A DNA stretch of 64,000 nucleotides, taken from positions 1 to 64,000 of the forward strand of contig JBHLLU010000017.1 in NCBI GenBank assembly GCA_048938895.1, written 5' to 3'. A model generated the notes under the pieces. It made no database searches. It was not told the origin of the DNA and saw nothing but the letters and a program-made list of their open reading frames with translations. Both the position numbers and the translations under genes were made by a program. Shown here one piece after another: positions 1-10,533 of this stretch. The stretch is from Promethearchaeota archaeon (GTDB lineage Archaea; Asgardarchaeota; Lokiarchaeia; Sigyniarchaeales; SOKP01). Numbering within the stretch: position 1 is the first letter of the stretch; the number at the start of each line of letters is the position of its first letter.

Positions 1-563
1 TCGTCTAATACAATATATTTTAGATTTTGACAAATTCTTCTCCATTTTTGCTTAAACCAAGGTAGATAAAAATGAAGGCCATAAGGATTTGTAATTATGA
101 TATTAGCGTTGTTTAATATGAATCTTTTATCCTGAGGTTCCACATCTCCATCATATACACCTATTCGGCTTTGTTTTATATTGGTTTCCGAGAAAAGGTG
201 AGATAAAACATAAAATTGATCTCTTGCTAGAGCCTTAGTTGGAAAAACATAAATTGCAGTTGTTTTAGGTTCTTCTAAGATGGATTGTAAAATAGGGAGA
301 TTATAACAAAGAGATTTTCCAGAAGCTGTAGAAGTTACAATAACAGTATTTTTATTATTACGAATTAGATTTATAGCATCTGCTTGGTGTCGCCATAATT
401 TTATATTATTTCCTTCTAACCAACGCTGAAGCCGCTTCTGAAACGGTTTCTCAGTATCACCAAATTGAGCTTCTCGCTTAGGAATATGTTCAATATGATA
501 TATTTGATTCTGATAATAATTTTGGGCTTTTAAAAAACGTAAAAACTCTTCGAAATCAAACAT
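1..563 (-). CDS. DEAD/DEAH-box SF2 helicase, MrfA/Hrq1 (DUF1998)-like; N-terminal part, runs off window start
   Basis: Manual translation from ATG at 563: MFDFEEFLRF...LWRHQADAI (Q motif), TSTASGKS (motif I), FPTKALARDQ (Ia), YDGD, ITNPYGLH (Ib), YIVLD at the window edge (start of motif II). Not in ORF track. Confidence 0.85.
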   Translation of the reverse strand, partial: MFDFEEFLRFLKAQNYYQNQIYHIEHIPKREAQFGDTEKPFQKRLQRWLEGNNIKLWRHQADAINLIRNNKNTVIVTSTASGKSLCYNLPILQSILEEPKTTAIYVFPTKALARDQFYVLSHLFSETNIKQSRIGVYDGDVEPQDKRFILNNANIIITNPYGLHFYLPWFKQKWRRICQNLKYIVLD

Positions 564-780
564 AAATTGTTTCAAGAACTATAATGAATAATCTCAATTA
601 AAAATTTCAAGGAGTAAAGGATTTATTATTTCTAATAAATTGAGTTAGTTTATATAATAAACCATCTTATTTTCAATATATCAGTCTGATAGAAATCTAA
701 AAAAACTTGGGTGTTTAAACATTAGAAAAAATAAGATTTTAAGATATATCTTAAATAAATATTTTATTAAATTTCTCCTA

Positions 781-2274
781 TTGTATCTTATTCTATTACC
801 AACATTCTTCTTTTTCCGAAACCGTTTTTGTGGTAATCAAAATATTAGTTATAGTCAAGATGATAAAAAAAGAATAGTTACTAGTACTCAAGAAGCTTTG
901 AGTTTAAATAATGACTATCAATTAGTCGATCCTATAAATATAACCACTTGGAGTGATTGGGCTCTTTATCCCTTTATAACAGGAAATGGTACTGATTTAA
1001 ACCCGTTTATTATTGAAAATATTCAAATAATAGGTGATGGTATTAAAACAATACATTCAGGAAACGATACTATTTTAGATTATACATACGCAGGAATTTT
1101 TATTGGCACAAATGGTTCCTTTAATATTCAGAATTGTAAAATTTCAAATACATCTATAGGGATTCGTTTTTTAATTGGTCCCCCCTCAGTAAGTTATCAA
1201 TATAAGATAATGAATGTTGAAATTACTGAATGCAGTATAGGGATTTATAACCATTGGCACCAAGTTCGATTAAACGTTTCAAATTGTTATATTGCCAATT
1301 GTAATTGGGTTTCAATAACTACCGACCTATATATGTTAGATTATCTAAAATATGGTGGAATTGGGGTAGTACTCATATCAAATGACGGTGCTGTTGAAGA
1401 TTGTCGAATTGAGAATTGTTCGATAGGAATGACGGCAGAATTTGTAACAGATATCCATAATAATGAACTAATAAATTGTGGGATTGTACTTGGTGAGACT
1501 ATACCTGAATATGATAGTAGTAATACTGTCAATGGGAAACCAATAGGTCTGTTTTGGGGTGATGATAACTTGGTTTTTACCCAAACTGATGCTTCAAAAT
1601 ATGGTCAGTTAATTTTTATATCATGTCCTAATCTAAAACTTTCTAATATTCATATCAAGGAAACATGTAGTATAGGAATTCAAGTATTTTCATTAAATTT
1701 TAACCAAACAACAAAATTGAAAAACATTATTTGTGAAAATCAAAATCTTGGGATGTATATCAAAGGTCTTGATGTAATTGGACATAATTTATATGTTGAA
1801 AATTGTGAAGCTGGATTTTATTTTGCAGATTTAAGAGATAGTACCTTTACTAAGATTATGATAGATAATAGTGATATTCCAATCTATGGGCTAGGAATAC
1901 AGGATTCGACTTTTGAAATTGAACAATCGACTAAATTATATTTTGTTGAACCTTTCGCTTTATATACAGAAGAATTTAATGTCAAATCTTCAGATACTGA
2001 ATATAATATATCTATGACTTATATACCAGAATTAGGAAATCCAGGTTATGTTTTTCAGTTTAATGATACAAAATCATATCACGCTAGCCTTTACCCTGCA
2101 CATCTTGGAGGTAGATTGTATTTTACGGTTATCTCAGTTCCTCGTTATACACGACCGGGGGTTACTAGTGTTATTCTTGGTTATCCTTTATTTTGGCTCT
2201 TAAGTATTATGATTATAGGTATTTTAATACGAATTGGATTATATCGAAAAGGAAATCGACTAAAATTAAACTAA
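781..2274 (+). CDS. Secreted/surface right-handed beta-helix (NosD/CASH-like) protein with C-terminal membrane anchor
   Basis: ITGNGTDLNPFIIEN motif, repeated I.NC.I.N..IGI units, SNTVNGKPI, C-terminal ILGYP + hydrophobic helix + basic tail (Loki-CTERM-like). Frame is open upstream to ~712, so the true start may be earlier. Confidence 0.7.
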   Translation: MYLILLPTFFFFRNRFCGNQNISYSQDDKKRIVTSTQEALSLNNDYQLVDPINITTWSDWALYPFITGNGTDLNPFIIENIQIIGDGIKTIHSGNDTILDYTYAGIFIGTNGSFNIQNCKISNTSIGIRFLIGPPSVSYQYKIMNVEITECSIGIYNHWHQVRLNVSNCYIANCNWVSITTDLYMLDYLKYGGIGVVLISNDGAVEDCRIENCSIGMTAEFVTDIHNNELINCGIVLGETIPEYDSSNTVNGKPIGLFWGDDNLVFTQTDASKYGQLIFISCPNLKLSNIHIKETCSIGIQVFSLNFNQTTKLKNIICENQNLGMYIKGLDVIGHNLYVENCEAGFYFADLRDSTFTKIMIDNSDIPIYGLGIQDSTFEIEQSTKLYFVEPFALYTEEFNVKSSDTEYNISMTYIPELGNPGYVFQFNDTKSYHASLYPAHLGGRLYFTVISVPRYTRPGVTSVILGYPLFWLLSIMIIGILIRIGLYRKGNRLKLN

Positions 2275-2279
2275 AACAC

Positions 2280-3785
2280 CTATTTCTTTTTATCTAAGAA
2301 TTTAGTTTTTCTCCCATATTCATAAAGAGCTAAAAAGGATTTTGCTGCTCTTCGAACTGAAGGATAGACAATAAAACCATCTTTTATGAGTTTATTTAAA
2401 TATTTTTTTCTGTACCTGCTGGGATATTGAGGTAAGACCAATATAAGGATTTTATCTAGATCTTCGGTATATTCTTTTATTTTTAAGATGTTATTGTAAT
2501 ATCTATTAAAATGTTCAGCTTCCAATTCGTCCTCCCATACATCAGTTTCAATAATTGCTAAATCAATATCTTCTGCAATTGCTGTCGTTACCACATCAAG
2601 ATATATTTGAGACCTTGAAATCCAAGGCATATCTAATGGGTTATTCAGACTCCCTATTTTGATGGGATAGATATCTCTTAGTTTTTGTAAACTTTCACCT
2701 TCGAAATAGGGAACATTCAATCCCAGCTCAGTAATTATATTTGTATCAATAATGCCAAACCCTCCTGACCATAATGTTAATAGTACGTTTTTCCCTTTTG
2801 GATATTTAATTTCTTTGAAATCTTTTCCTAATTTTTTAAATCTATTAATATAGTTATTAAATAAATAAATGTAATCGATCATATCATCCATAGAAGTTGG
2901 AACTTCGATGATGGGCGTTTGTTTAACAATAGCATTCCAAATTTTTTTATTGGAACCTAAAGAGCCTGTATGAGTTAATACGGCAATTTGGGCTCTTTCA
3001 GTTTTTCCACCATTCATAAACAATACAGGTTTATTCATGTATTTTAAAGTGTTAAAGAAATTTCTTCCTTCATGAGGATGAAGTTTAGAGAAACCCTCAA
3101 AATATACTCCAATAATCTCAGTATCCTCATCTTGATTATAATATTCGAGAAAGTCCGAAATCTGTAAATCTACACAATTACCCACACTAACTCCTTTAGA
3201 ATATCGTAGATTATATCTTCTCGCCCCAATTCTAATTGTTTGAGAATGTAAATCACCTGATTGAAATACAAATGAGATATTTCCAGGCTCAGTTGGGAGT
3301 AATGGTTCATATGCTAAGTTGCCATTTGGAGAATAAACCCCCATACAATTAGGTCCTATAGCACGGATGCCATTATTCTGTAAGATCTGCATAATTTCTT
3401 TTTCAATTTCTTTTCCTAAGTCATCAGATTCTCCCATTCCCGCTGTGAAAATATGAATTGTTTTGATTTTCTTTTTACTGACTAAATTTTTCAAGCTCTC
3501 ATTTATGTTATCTCTTGCAACTGCTAAAATCAATAAATCGATTGTTGGTTCAGGGATATCAGAGATGGATTTGAAACATTTAAATCCAAATAATGAATCT
3601 TTTGAAGAATTAATCAGATATACCTTTTCTGGGTTAAAATTTTGTTCCTTAAGTCCAATTAAAAAATAATCTAATTTTTCACTTGCTCTATAGATTGCTA
3701 CATTACGGGGATTAAATAGAGTATTAATTGTTTTAATGACATCCGGGTCCATTTCAGACTTCTCGTATATTTCTTTAATTTTCAA
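2280..3785 (-). CDS. Acyl-CoA synthetase (NDP-forming) alpha-like, CoA-binding protein
   Basis: LFNPRNVAI, IGPNCMG, FQSG, SVGN, THTGSL phospho-His loop, NNPLD. Confidence 0.85.
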   Translation of the reverse strand: MKIKEIYEKSEMDPDVIKTINTLFNPRNVAIYRASEKLDYFLIGLKEQNFNPEKVYLINSSKDSLFGFKCFKSISDIPEPTIDLLILAVARDNINESLKNLVSKKKIKTIHIFTAGMGESDDLGKEIEKEIMQILQNNGIRAIGPNCMGVYSPNGNLAYEPLLPTEPGNISFVFQSGDLHSQTIRIGARRYNLRYSKGVSVGNCVDLQISDFLEYYNQDEDTEIIGVYFEGFSKLHPHEGRNFFNTLKYMNKPVLFMNGGKTERAQIAVLTHTGSLGSNKKIWNAIVKQTPIIEVPTSMDDMIDYIYLFNNYINRFKKLGKDFKEIKYPKGKNVLLTLWSGGFGIIDTNIITELGLNVPYFEGESLQKLRDIYPIKIGSLNNPLDMPWISRSQIYLDVVTTAIAEDIDLAIIETDVWEDELEAEHFNRYYNNILKIKEYTEDLDKILILVLPQYPSRYRKKYLNKLIKDGFIVYPSVRRAAKSFLALYEYGRKTKFLDKKK

Positions 3786-3904
3786 GAGCTAGTATAATGA
3801 TTTTAAAAATTTTTAATCATCTTTAGGTTTTATGTTTCATATCAGACTGAAGGATGCCAAAATGACATCAAATTTAAATAAACAAAATAACATTAGAAAT
3901 ACAT

Positions 3905-4912
3905 ATGTCTGATTCTGATTGGAGCAAAATTAGCTTTCAGCAATTTCTAAATGAATATAATGATGCTCTTTTGGTTGATACAGCTCCAACACTACTTTAT
4001 TCTAAGAAGGATAAAGAACCTGAAGCTTATAACTCTCTAATTGCTTTCTTCTTTATAACTGGAGGTTTACTTATCTACATTTCAATTACCTATTTCTTAG
4101 CTTCAATATATTTTAATTTATTATTGTTTTTTGTCATCATATTAATTGCTACAGTTGCTTCAATTCTTCTCTTAGTAAACTACATTAAAACAAATATCTA
4201 TATAAAGCCTTTAGAATGTTGGTTTGAGATATATAGAGGCAAAATGGAAAATGGTTATGTTAATTTCTGTTTTACGTATTATATTATCTTTTCAGGAAAA
4301 AGCCATCCAAATAAAGCTAAGAATGTTATCCATAAATTATATCAGGAGCAAATTTTGAGAAGTAAAATTGATATCTCTCCAATTGAGGTTTATGTGAAGT
4401 TAAATCCGAAAGAAAAAAATATCCAAGAATTTGTTGGTTTTTTTTTCCAGTACGGAGAAGGTAATTCTTTCAAAGAGGAAAATATTAATATAGAATCATG
4501 GAAATTTTTTCCAGCTACAAAATTAGAGAAAAACAACTTCATAGCGATAGCAAATTGGAATCATCAATTCGAATGGCGAGATGATCTCGAATACGATTAT
4601 GATAAATTACATGAATATGCCCCTTGGGTAATTCAGAGATGGGATAAGTTTAATTTAAAACCTATAAATGATAATTTTAAAAAGGAAATTAACTGGGACG
4701 TAAGAATAATTGACTCAATCCCAAAATTAAAACCATGGGAGGAAAATTTCGAGGACCAAGAATATCAAAATCCTCAAGTTAATAGAGAGGAAATCGTAGT
4801 GAATGGTGCTATTCAAAAAGTCATTGGTCCTGAGAGGAAAATCGAGAAAATTAGAGATATAAAAGATAAACTTATGGCAGTTAAATCCTATTTTAGAGAT
4901 TTGAGCCTTTGA
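3905..4912 (+). CDS. Hypothetical membrane protein (2 N-terminal TM helices)
   Basis: 335-aa ORF with two hydrophobic segments; no recognised family. Confidence 0.6.
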   Translation: MSDSDWSKISFQQFLNEYNDALLVDTAPTLLYSKKDKEPEAYNSLIAFFFITGGLLIYISITYFLASIYFNLLLFFVIILIATVASILLLVNYIKTNIYIKPLECWFEIYRGKMENGYVNFCFTYYIIFSGKSHPNKAKNVIHKLYQEQILRSKIDISPIEVYVKLNPKEKNIQEFVGFFFQYGEGNSFKEENINIESWKFFPATKLEKNNFIAIANWNHQFEWRDDLEYDYDKLHEYAPWVIQRWDKFNLKPINDNFKKEINWDVRIIDSIPKLKPWEENFEDQEYQNPQVNREEIVVNGAIQKVIGPERKIEKIRDIKDKLMAVKSYFRDLSL

Positions 4913-5084
4913 TCGTCTTCTTAAGATAAATGAGAAAACCGAATAAATATCCTCTTAATCACTATATATGGACAGATAAATTTATTATTAATAACTAAGA
5001 TATAAAGACTTATTAGAGAAAAATTGTTAAGGATCAAAAAACAATATACAATTCATTAGAATAAAAAAAGAAGTAAAAAAGGGA

Positions 5085-6467
5085 ATGGAAATGTTAGAAA
5101 ACATAACAAGTATTGAGATTCCTACCAATAAAGTTTCATTTGATAAAAAAACCAGTGTTCTGGCTATAGAAGTATTAGATTTTATGTTTGTAGGTATATA
5201 CAAGAAATCTGCAAAGCTTAGTAAAATTTTGGATGATCTATACGCTTCTTTAGGTGAATTTCAATTAGAAAGGAATAGTATTTGCTTTGTTGACTTTGTT
5301 ACAGGAGTAAAGATATCTGAGACAGAAAAATTAAAACGCTTGAAGATAACAAAAAGAGAGAAAATCGAAAAGAGAAAAGAAAAAGCCCAAGATAAACAAA
5401 AATCTTTAAAACGAGATGCATTTGAACTTTATGAAATGGAAGAAGAAGTAGAACCCATTGAAAAAGAGCTTAGAAAAGTCTCGTCAGTTGTGGAAGATGT
5501 TGACTATGGTGCTGTAAAATATAAGGAAGAAGAAGAACTATTATTTGATGATGCATATGAAGAAGAAACTAAAAAAGAGAAACAAGAAGTAAAAGCTAAA
5601 AAGAGAGCTCCATCGGTACCGCCACAATCACCTCCCGGTGCAGGTGCACCACCAGCTCCTAAGCGTGCAGTATCAGCACCCACTCCTCCTTCTGATTCGT
5701 TTCGACCTTCAGCCCCTGCTCCGCCACGAGAAGAGCCTTCTATAGTCGCTCCTGAAGAACCTCAACCATTAGTTTATGAGATAAACATGGGGTTACAATA
5801 CTATTCTGTCATGATGGAACAAAGAAGTTATCTCTTCTATGTCTATTTTTCCCATCAAGAATTAAAGATAGTTGATGAAGAAGGTAAAACAGTTTATAAA
5901 ACTACAGTTAAAATTGTTACCACTAAAAAAGAACCTCCTGTTTTAGATCTCAGAATTGAGGGAGAAGGCTTTGAAGTTCATCCAATATTTGGAAAGGTTG
6001 AAGTGAAAAAAGATGCTGTAAATCCACCAGTAATGATCTTCTCTATAATGCCTACGAAATCAAAGAGGGAGAAAAAAAAGAAAAAAGAAAGTGAAAGAAG
6101 ATTTCTGAATGTTTACATAGAATTTGAAGAGAAAACTATTAGTCACACAGTACTCTCAATAATAGTCCAACCTAAATTTTTCCGTATTGAGTTAGGTCCA
6201 ATTCATTTTAACCTTAGTAAAAAAGCAGCTGCAATAATTTCATTCATATCGATATTAATTGCGGGAGCTTCCATGGCGTGGATGCTTTTATCTGTTGATC
6301 CTTCATCATCTTTCATAGATTATCTAAGTGGTTTTGCTCCGGGTTTGGGATCTATTGTATTTATAGTAATATTCCTCTATACACTTCTAAAAGAAGGAAT
6401 TTACCCTCTTAAGGAGAAAATAAGCGCATTTTTAAATTTCGATCAAACGGGAGTTCTAATAAAATAA
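5085..6467 (+). CDS. Hypothetical protein: charged region, proline-rich linker, beta-rich domain, 2 C-terminal TM helices
   Basis: 460-aa ORF; PPQSPPGAGAPPAP...PAPPREEP segment; hydrophobic C-terminus. Confidence 0.65.
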   Translation: MEMLENITSIEIPTNKVSFDKKTSVLAIEVLDFMFVGIYKKSAKLSKILDDLYASLGEFQLERNSICFVDFVTGVKISETEKLKRLKITKREKIEKRKEKAQDKQKSLKRDAFELYEMEEEVEPIEKELRKVSSVVEDVDYGAVKYKEEEELLFDDAYEEETKKEKQEVKAKKRAPSVPPQSPPGAGAPPAPKRAVSAPTPPSDSFRPSAPAPPREEPSIVAPEEPQPLVYEINMGLQYYSVMMEQRSYLFYVYFSHQELKIVDEEGKTVYKTTVKIVTTKKEPPVLDLRIEGEGFEVHPIFGKVEVKKDAVNPPVMIFSIMPTKSKREKKKKKESERRFLNVYIEFEEKTISHTVLSIIVQPKFFRIELGPIHFNLSKKAAAIISFISILIAGASMAWMLLSVDPSSSFIDYLSGFAPGLGSIVFIVIFLYTLLKEGIYPLKEKISAFLNFDQTGVLIK

Positions 6468-6493
6468 ATTTTCACTTTATTTTCATTATTTTT

Positions 6494-7411
6494 TTAGATG
6501 TTAAATTGAGATTTCAACTCATTCCAAAATTTCTTTTTCATTCTGCTCAGTTCTTTTCCTTTTAATTTGGCAAGATATAGTAGTCGTTTGGTGATATAGG
6601 GATAGTTTTTAATTTTTAATATTTTTATCAGCCCAGCTGATTCTGCTTTGCTAGCTATAATTTCACTCATTATGCTTAGGTAATTAGATTCACTGACAGT
6701 TGATATAATCGAATCATTATCATTGAATTCGAGCTCAAATCTCAATTTTTTATATCCTGGGAATTGTTGTTCAAGCGTTTCTCTCGTTCCCGAGCCTTTT
6801 TCTCGCGATACAAAAGGGAAAACTTCAAGTTCTTTTAAATTCACTGTAATACCCTCTTTTGTCAATATATGCTTAGGAGAACAAATTATTTTTAATTCAT
6901 CTTCTCCTATTTTAAAATAATCAAAATCATCTTTATTATAACCCATAAAACTGCCAATTCCTGCGAAGTCTGCCATCCCATTCTTTAAATTTTCAAGAGA
7001 TTTCTTGGAATTACTTATTTCTATTTTGAATTTCACGTTTTGATTATTACTTCGAAAATTAGCAATAAATTTTGGTAAAACATGAGAACCAGGAATTGTG
7101 GAGGCTGAAATAATAATATCTTCAATCATCTTATTTTGAAATTTTGAAATTTCAAGTTTACAATTATCGTATAATTCCATTATTTGTAGAGCATGCTCTT
7201 GTAAAATGCTTCCTGCTTTAGTCAATTCAAATTTTTTTGTTGTCCGATTGATTAGAGTCACCCCTCCAAATTCCTTTTCTACCTGTGATATTTGGTGTGA
7301 TAATGTGCTTTGAGAAATTTCAAGTTCTTTTGCCAATTTAGAGAAACTTTTGTAATGGGTTAATTTAATAAAATTTCTTAAATATTCAATATTCAAGCTT
7401 TTGATCGCCAA
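6494..7411 (-). CDS. LysR-family transcriptional regulator (CysL / selenium-metabolism-associated-like)
   Basis: SFSKLAKELEISQSTLSHQI HTH; ASTIPGSHVLP and REKGSGTR motifs; divergent from DsrE/TusA genes. Confidence 0.9.
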   Translation of the reverse strand: MAIKSLNIEYLRNFIKLTHYKSFSKLAKELEISQSTLSHQISQVEKEFGGVTLINRTTKKFELTKAGSILQEHALQIMELYDNCKLEISKFQNKMIEDIIISASTIPGSHVLPKFIANFRSNNQNVKFKIEISNSKKSLENLKNGMADFAGIGSFMGYNKDDFDYFKIGEDELKIICSPKHILTKEGITVNLKELEVFPFVSREKGSGTRETLEQQFPGYKKLRFELEFNDNDSIISTVSESNYLSIMSEIIASKAESAGLIKILKIKNYPYITKRLLYLAKLKGKELSRMKKKFWNELKSQFNI

Positions 7412-7416
7412 TAAAT

Positions 7417-7499
7417 TATCGATAATTATTATAAGATTAGGTAATAATACTATTTTTATTTATCGAATTTTTTAATAAACTATAACGAAAAAATTAATA
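7417..7499. promoter_or_regulatory. Putative LysR binding sites in the divergent lysR/dsrE promoter
   Basis: Three related 17-mers: TATCGATAATTATTATA (7417), TATCGAATTTTTTAATA (7461), TAACGAAAAAATTAATA (7483), offsets 44 and 22 bp; the first two contain T-N11-A. Confidence 0.4.
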
Positions 7500-7569
7500 A
7501 ATCTCTTAGCTTTTTTATTTAGTAACTATTCAGTGACTTAATTATTTGAAGAATAAGGGATAATGGAAG

Positions 7570-7929
7570 ATGACTGATGAGAACAAAAATTTTACTATTA
7601 TAATCGGAGACGGACCTTATACTAAAGAAAGACCCTATACAATGCTCCGATTTGTTTATACCGCTCTATTGGAAGGACATAAGGCGAATATTTTTCTCGT
7701 AGAAGACGGAATCTTTGTTGGCAAAAAAAATCAAGATCCTTCTACTTATGATAATATTGGAAAATGGATGAAAGATGTTCTGTCTGAAGGTGCAAATGTT
7801 AAAGCTTGTGGTGTTTGCATGAAAGCACGAGGCGTAAGTGAAGATGAGCTATTAGAAGGTATTGAAAAAACGACTATGAATGGATTAGTCGAAATGTGTG
7901 AAGAAGCTGATAATATTCTTTTTAGTTAA
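7570..7929 (+). CDS. DsrE/TusD-family sulfur-relay protein
   Basis: GPY..E, IFLVEDG, ACGVCMKARG motif. Confidence 0.85.
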   Translation: MTDENKNFTIIIGDGPYTKERPYTMLRFVYTALLEGHKANIFLVEDGIFVGKKNQDPSTYDNIGKWMKDVLSEGANVKACGVCMKARGVSEDELLEGIEKTTMNGLVEMCEEADNILFS

Positions 7930-7947
7930 TTGGAATTGATTATAATT

Positions 7948-8175
7948 ATGCCAAATATACAAAAATTAGATTGTTCTGGACTGGTGTGTCCAATGCCAGT
8001 AGCGAGAACTAAGAGAACGCTTCTTGAGATGAATAGTGGAGATATTCTTGAAGTTACAGGAGATTATGCTGAAGCAGGAGAAAATATTAAACGCTATATT
8101 GAAAAACACAGCAATAAACTTTTAGAATTTACGGTGGATGGAGAAGGATATTATATAAAAATCCAGAAACAATAA
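7948..8175 (+). CDS. tusA: TusA/SirA-family sulfurtransferase
   Basis: LDCSGLVCPMP motif; ATG at 7948 is the more likely start than TTG 7930. Confidence 0.85.
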   Translation: MPNIQKLDCSGLVCPMPVARTKRTLLEMNSGDILEVTGDYAEAGENIKRYIEKHSNKLLEFTVDGEGYYIKIQKQ

Positions 8176-8288
8176 TCTTATTTTTTTTTCATCATTAAAA
8201 AAGTTTTTATGAAAATTAACTTTAATAAGAATATCATTAAACTAAATGCTGAATTCTTCCATAATCCGTAATAGAGAGAAGAGAAATA

Positions 8289-8930
8289 TTGAAAGAGGAT
8301 GAAATTCTAACCAATTTGAGAAATAGCATTATAGAAGGAAATTCAGAAGAAGCTGTCAACTATATTCTTAAGGCTATTGATGCAAATATCAATCCCAAAC
8401 GGATCTTAGATGATGCCATAATTAGTGGTGCTCAAGAAGTGGGTATGAAGTATGAGAAAGGTAAATATTTTCTCGCAGATATGATTTTAGCTGCAGATGC
8501 TATGAATGAATGTATGGTTTTTATTAAACCCAAATTAGTGGAAGATAAACATAAATCACTTGGTAAAATCTTAATAGGAACTCCTGAGGGTGACATTCAC
8601 GACATAGGGAAAAGCATTGTGGTTGCATTATTGCAAGGTCAAGGGTTTGATGTAGAAGATTTAGGAACGGATATTGCCCCTGAAAAATTTTTGGAAGTTG
8701 CAATGGACAAAAAACCAGATATTATTGGTTTAAGTGGATTACTAACTGTAACTATTTCTAAGATGATAGAAACTGTGACTATGCTTAAAAATAAGGGAAT
8801 AAAGTCTAAAATTATAGTTGGCGGGGGTATTCTTTCAGAAGAAACATGTAAAAATATCGGTGCTGATGCGTGGAGCAAAGATGGATGGGAAGGTGTAAAA
8901 TTAATTAAAGAACTTATGAAGGAGCTTTAA
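8289..8930 (+). CDS. Methyltransferase corrinoid protein (MtbC/MttC/MtaC-like)
   Basis: EGDIHDIGK B12-binding motif, DLGTD, IGLSGLL, IIVGGG. Confidence 0.9.
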   Translation: MKEDEILTNLRNSIIEGNSEEAVNYILKAIDANINPKRILDDAIISGAQEVGMKYEKGKYFLADMILAADAMNECMVFIKPKLVEDKHKSLGKILIGTPEGDIHDIGKSIVVALLQGQGFDVEDLGTDIAPEKFLEVAMDKKPDIIGLSGLLTVTISKMIETVTMLKNKGIKSKIIVGGGILSEETCKNIGADAWSKDGWEGVKLIKELMKEL

Positions 8931-10010
8931 ATGCCGCACGATTGGGAAGCATCTAAAAGAAGATTAAGAGCAACTTTTTCGGGAACATCTGATATTGATC
9001 GCGTACCATTTTTTCCTCTCGCCTGTGAGGAGATTATCTGTCGAATATCTGGAAAAACTTTCCGAGAGCTAATAACTTCTCCTAAAACTTATGGCAATGC
9101 TACTATTATGACTTATGAATTTTTAAAAGCGGATACTCTTTCAATACCTACTGCTTATGCTGGTCCTGCTGAAGCTTTAGCTTTTGCAGAGGTTAATAAT
9201 AAAGAAGGAGTAATATCTTGGTCTGATTATAAAGTTTTTATGGTTAAGCAGGGTGCTATTTGTAAAACTGAAGAGGATATTGAAAAATTAGAGATTCCGG
9301 ATCATAGAAAGATATCTTTATGGGATACTAGCATTTCTGCGGTAAATTATATAAGAGAAAAGACAAAATTCCCTCAGAGTTGTGCACTTGGTATTTGGTC
9401 TGTTGTCCAAGAATTAAGGGGTGTACAAGCTTATAGAGATATGAGAAAGAATCCAGATTTATTACTCCAATTATGTGAAAAAGTATACGAATCACAATTG
9501 GATCTCTACGATTTCTATACAGAAACAGTAGGGCCTAGTCGGACAGTATTCTTTACAGGTTACTCTTTTAATAAACACATGATGAGTTTTGCAGATGCTA
9601 TGAAATATGAAGGAAATTTTATTAAAAGACTACAGAATGAGACTGGTGCACGAATAATACTTCATAATTGCGGGACTACCCCATATTTTGATGAATTGTG
9701 CAGTAATATTGAACTTTCGGCTATTAATGGTTCACACCCATTAGATATTGAATATTGGGTGAGATTTAAAGAAAAATACCCTGATGTAACCATAATTGGT
9801 GCAAATATTGACGTGAGTCGAGAGCTTTTTAGTGGAACACCTTTAGATGTTGAGGAAAAAGTGAAAGAAAATATTAAACATTTAGCCCCTGGAGGTAGAT
9901 ATGCTGTTGGTCCAATCTGTTGTTTACCATGGGGTGTTTCACTTAATAACATTTTAACAATACCCAAAGCGATTAAAAAGTGGGGTACATATCCTCTCCA
10001 GACGTATTGA
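8931..10010 (+). CDS. Uroporphyrinogen decarboxylase-family / MtaA-CmuA-like methylcobamide methyltransferase
   Basis: DRVP N-terminal motif, HNCG zinc motif, GANID, C-terminal PICCLP; abuts corrinoid gene. Confidence 0.8.
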   Translation: MPHDWEASKRRLRATFSGTSDIDRVPFFPLACEEIICRISGKTFRELITSPKTYGNATIMTYEFLKADTLSIPTAYAGPAEALAFAEVNNKEGVISWSDYKVFMVKQGAICKTEEDIEKLEIPDHRKISLWDTSISAVNYIREKTKFPQSCALGIWSVVQELRGVQAYRDMRKNPDLLLQLCEKVYESQLDLYDFYTETVGPSRTVFFTGYSFNKHMMSFADAMKYEGNFIKRLQNETGARIILHNCGTTPYFDELCSNIELSAINGSHPLDIEYWVRFKEKYPDVTIIGANIDVSRELFSGTPLDVEEKVKENIKHLAPGGRYAVGPICCLPWGVSLNNILTIPKAIKKWGTYPLQTY

Positions 10011-10045
10011 TAATCTAACTTAAATAGATTGAGTTTGTTGATGAA

Positions 10046-10528
10046 ATGGAATTAATTATTCGGAAAGCTGAAATTAAAGATGCTAAAAGGATTCATGAAG
10101 TCATTTTAGCAGCTTTTGAACAATATCGCTATTTCTATTCTCCAGAAGGGTTCGCTGATACAGTTATGTCTGAAGCAATGGCTGTAGAACGTATTAAGAG
10201 AACGACAATTTATATTGCTGAAGATCAAAGTGGTGAGATAATCGGAACGATAGGGTGGAAGAAGGTGAGTAAAGAAGAAGGTCACATCCGAGGAATGGCA
10301 GTACATCCAAATTTTCAAGGGAAAAAAAGTCCCGCAACTGATTTGTTAAAAATGGTAGAAATAGATGCTCTTTCTGAAGGTTGTAGTTTTCTAACATTAG
10401 ATACTACAGAAGTGTTAGAACGTGCTCAAAATTTCTATAGAAAAAATGGTTTTGCAAAAACAGGGAAAACTGGTGATTTCTTTGGGGCAACTATTTTTGA
10501 GTTTAAAAAGATTATTTCAGATAAATAG
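10046..10528 (+). CDS. GNAT acetyltransferase
   Basis: MAVHPNFQGK, AQNFYRKNGF. Confidence 0.9.
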   Translation: MELIIRKAEIKDAKRIHEVILAAFEQYRYFYSPEGFADTVMSEAMAVERIKRTTIYIAEDQSGEIIGTIGWKKVSKEEGHIRGMAVHPNFQGKKSPATDLLKMVEIDALSEGCSFLTLDTTEVLERAQNFYRKNGFAKTGKTGDFFGATIFEFKKIISDK

Positions 10529-10533
10529 ATAAT

